In this document: positions 63,239-64,000 of the stretch, one piece after another | Numbering within the stretch: position 1 is the stretch's first letter | Layout: each line of letters begins with the position of its first letter | NCBI GenBank assembly: GCA_963693365.1 | Contig: CAVNZM010000015.1 | Span: forward strand, 2,914,001-2,978,000 | Source of the DNA: Amoebidium appalachense | Lineage: Eukaryota; Protista; Ichthyosporea | Length of the DNA: 64,000 nucleotides | Reading direction: 5' to 3' | The notes under the pieces: generated by a model | Database searches by the model: none | Told to the model about the DNA's origin: nothing | The model's input: only the letters and a program-made list of their open reading frames with translations | Program-made: the position numbers and the translations under genes

Positions 63239-64000
63239 GTGCCTGCCCTCCCCCCCCCCCCCCCCCCCCCGTCCCCTCCCCCTCCCCCTCCCTTCTTCCC
63301 CCCCCTCGTCCTTCCCCCTCCCTCGATTACCCCCTCCCTAAACATAAACACACGCCTTCTCTTCCTCCCCCTCTCCCCGCATCCCCCCTTCGTAACCCCC
63401 TCCCCCTTCCCTCTGCCCGCTTCCGGTTACCCCCTCCTTACACAAACACACACATATGCAAGGCAATTACCCCAACCAACAGCACCTTACCGCTGTAATC
63501 ACAACTTCCCTCCCTCCCCGCCCCCTCCCCCCCCCCTCCCCCCCCCCCCCCCCCCCCCTCACCCCCCTCTCCCCACCACCACCACCAATTAGAAAAAAAA
63601 AAGGGGGGGGGGGGGGGGGGGGGGGAGGGGAAGCGGGGTGGACTGGAGATATTGAAAGTTGCTCCCACCTTTTTTTAAAACATAGACCGTGTAAACCAAG
63701 TGAAAAAGGAAATAAAAATGGTACAGGTTATTGTAAAAGTACCCGTTTGCAGCAGCCGTAAAATATCGTTATGTGCCAACTTTCAACACTGGTCTACGAC
63801 ATATATCCCTGTAATATCCAGGTGGCACGTGTTAAGTATCTCACATATCTGTGCAATATCCCACTGACGTTTTTCTAAACTATTCCCCGTACACAGGTTG
63901 TGAATCTCAACAATTTCCCACTAACACTTGTTAACTATCCCACACACAGTCTTCAAAGGGTGTCTCCCTATTTGACGTATTTGCATTCCATTTTGACGTC

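Overview
Eukaryotic, extremely intron-dense genomic DNA. Introns are packed with (C)n/(G)n homopolymers and (CA)n/(GT)n microsatellites, so almost all ORFs in the supplied track are low-complexity artefacts. Three spliced genes can be rebuilt by hand from GT-AG junctions and protein motifs. (1) A 16-exon SR/RS-domain cyclophilin, PPIG-like (+, 636-13241). (2) A 27-exon C2-WW4-HECT E3 ligase of the Nedd4/Rsp5/WWP family (-, 23226-48741). (3) The first 10 exons of a SPATA20/YyaL-like protein (+, 55122 to beyond the window). Mobile DNA includes two PIF/Harbinger (Tourist-like) MITEs, a non-autonomous Helitron and a TA-flanked MITE. The most striking signal is about 19 short, variably 5'-truncated insertions from several diverged families. 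They end in poly(C) rather than poly(A), sit in C-tracts, share a GTCGA..TGG..CCTGANGATGGGCTCTG motif, and all lie sense to the host gene. A second signal is repeated local duplication of exon-intron junctions, one copy differing only at synonymous sites. The organism cannot be identified from the sequence; a unicellular opisthokont or other protist is only a guess. Coordinates were read by eye and homopolymer lengths are probably unreliable.
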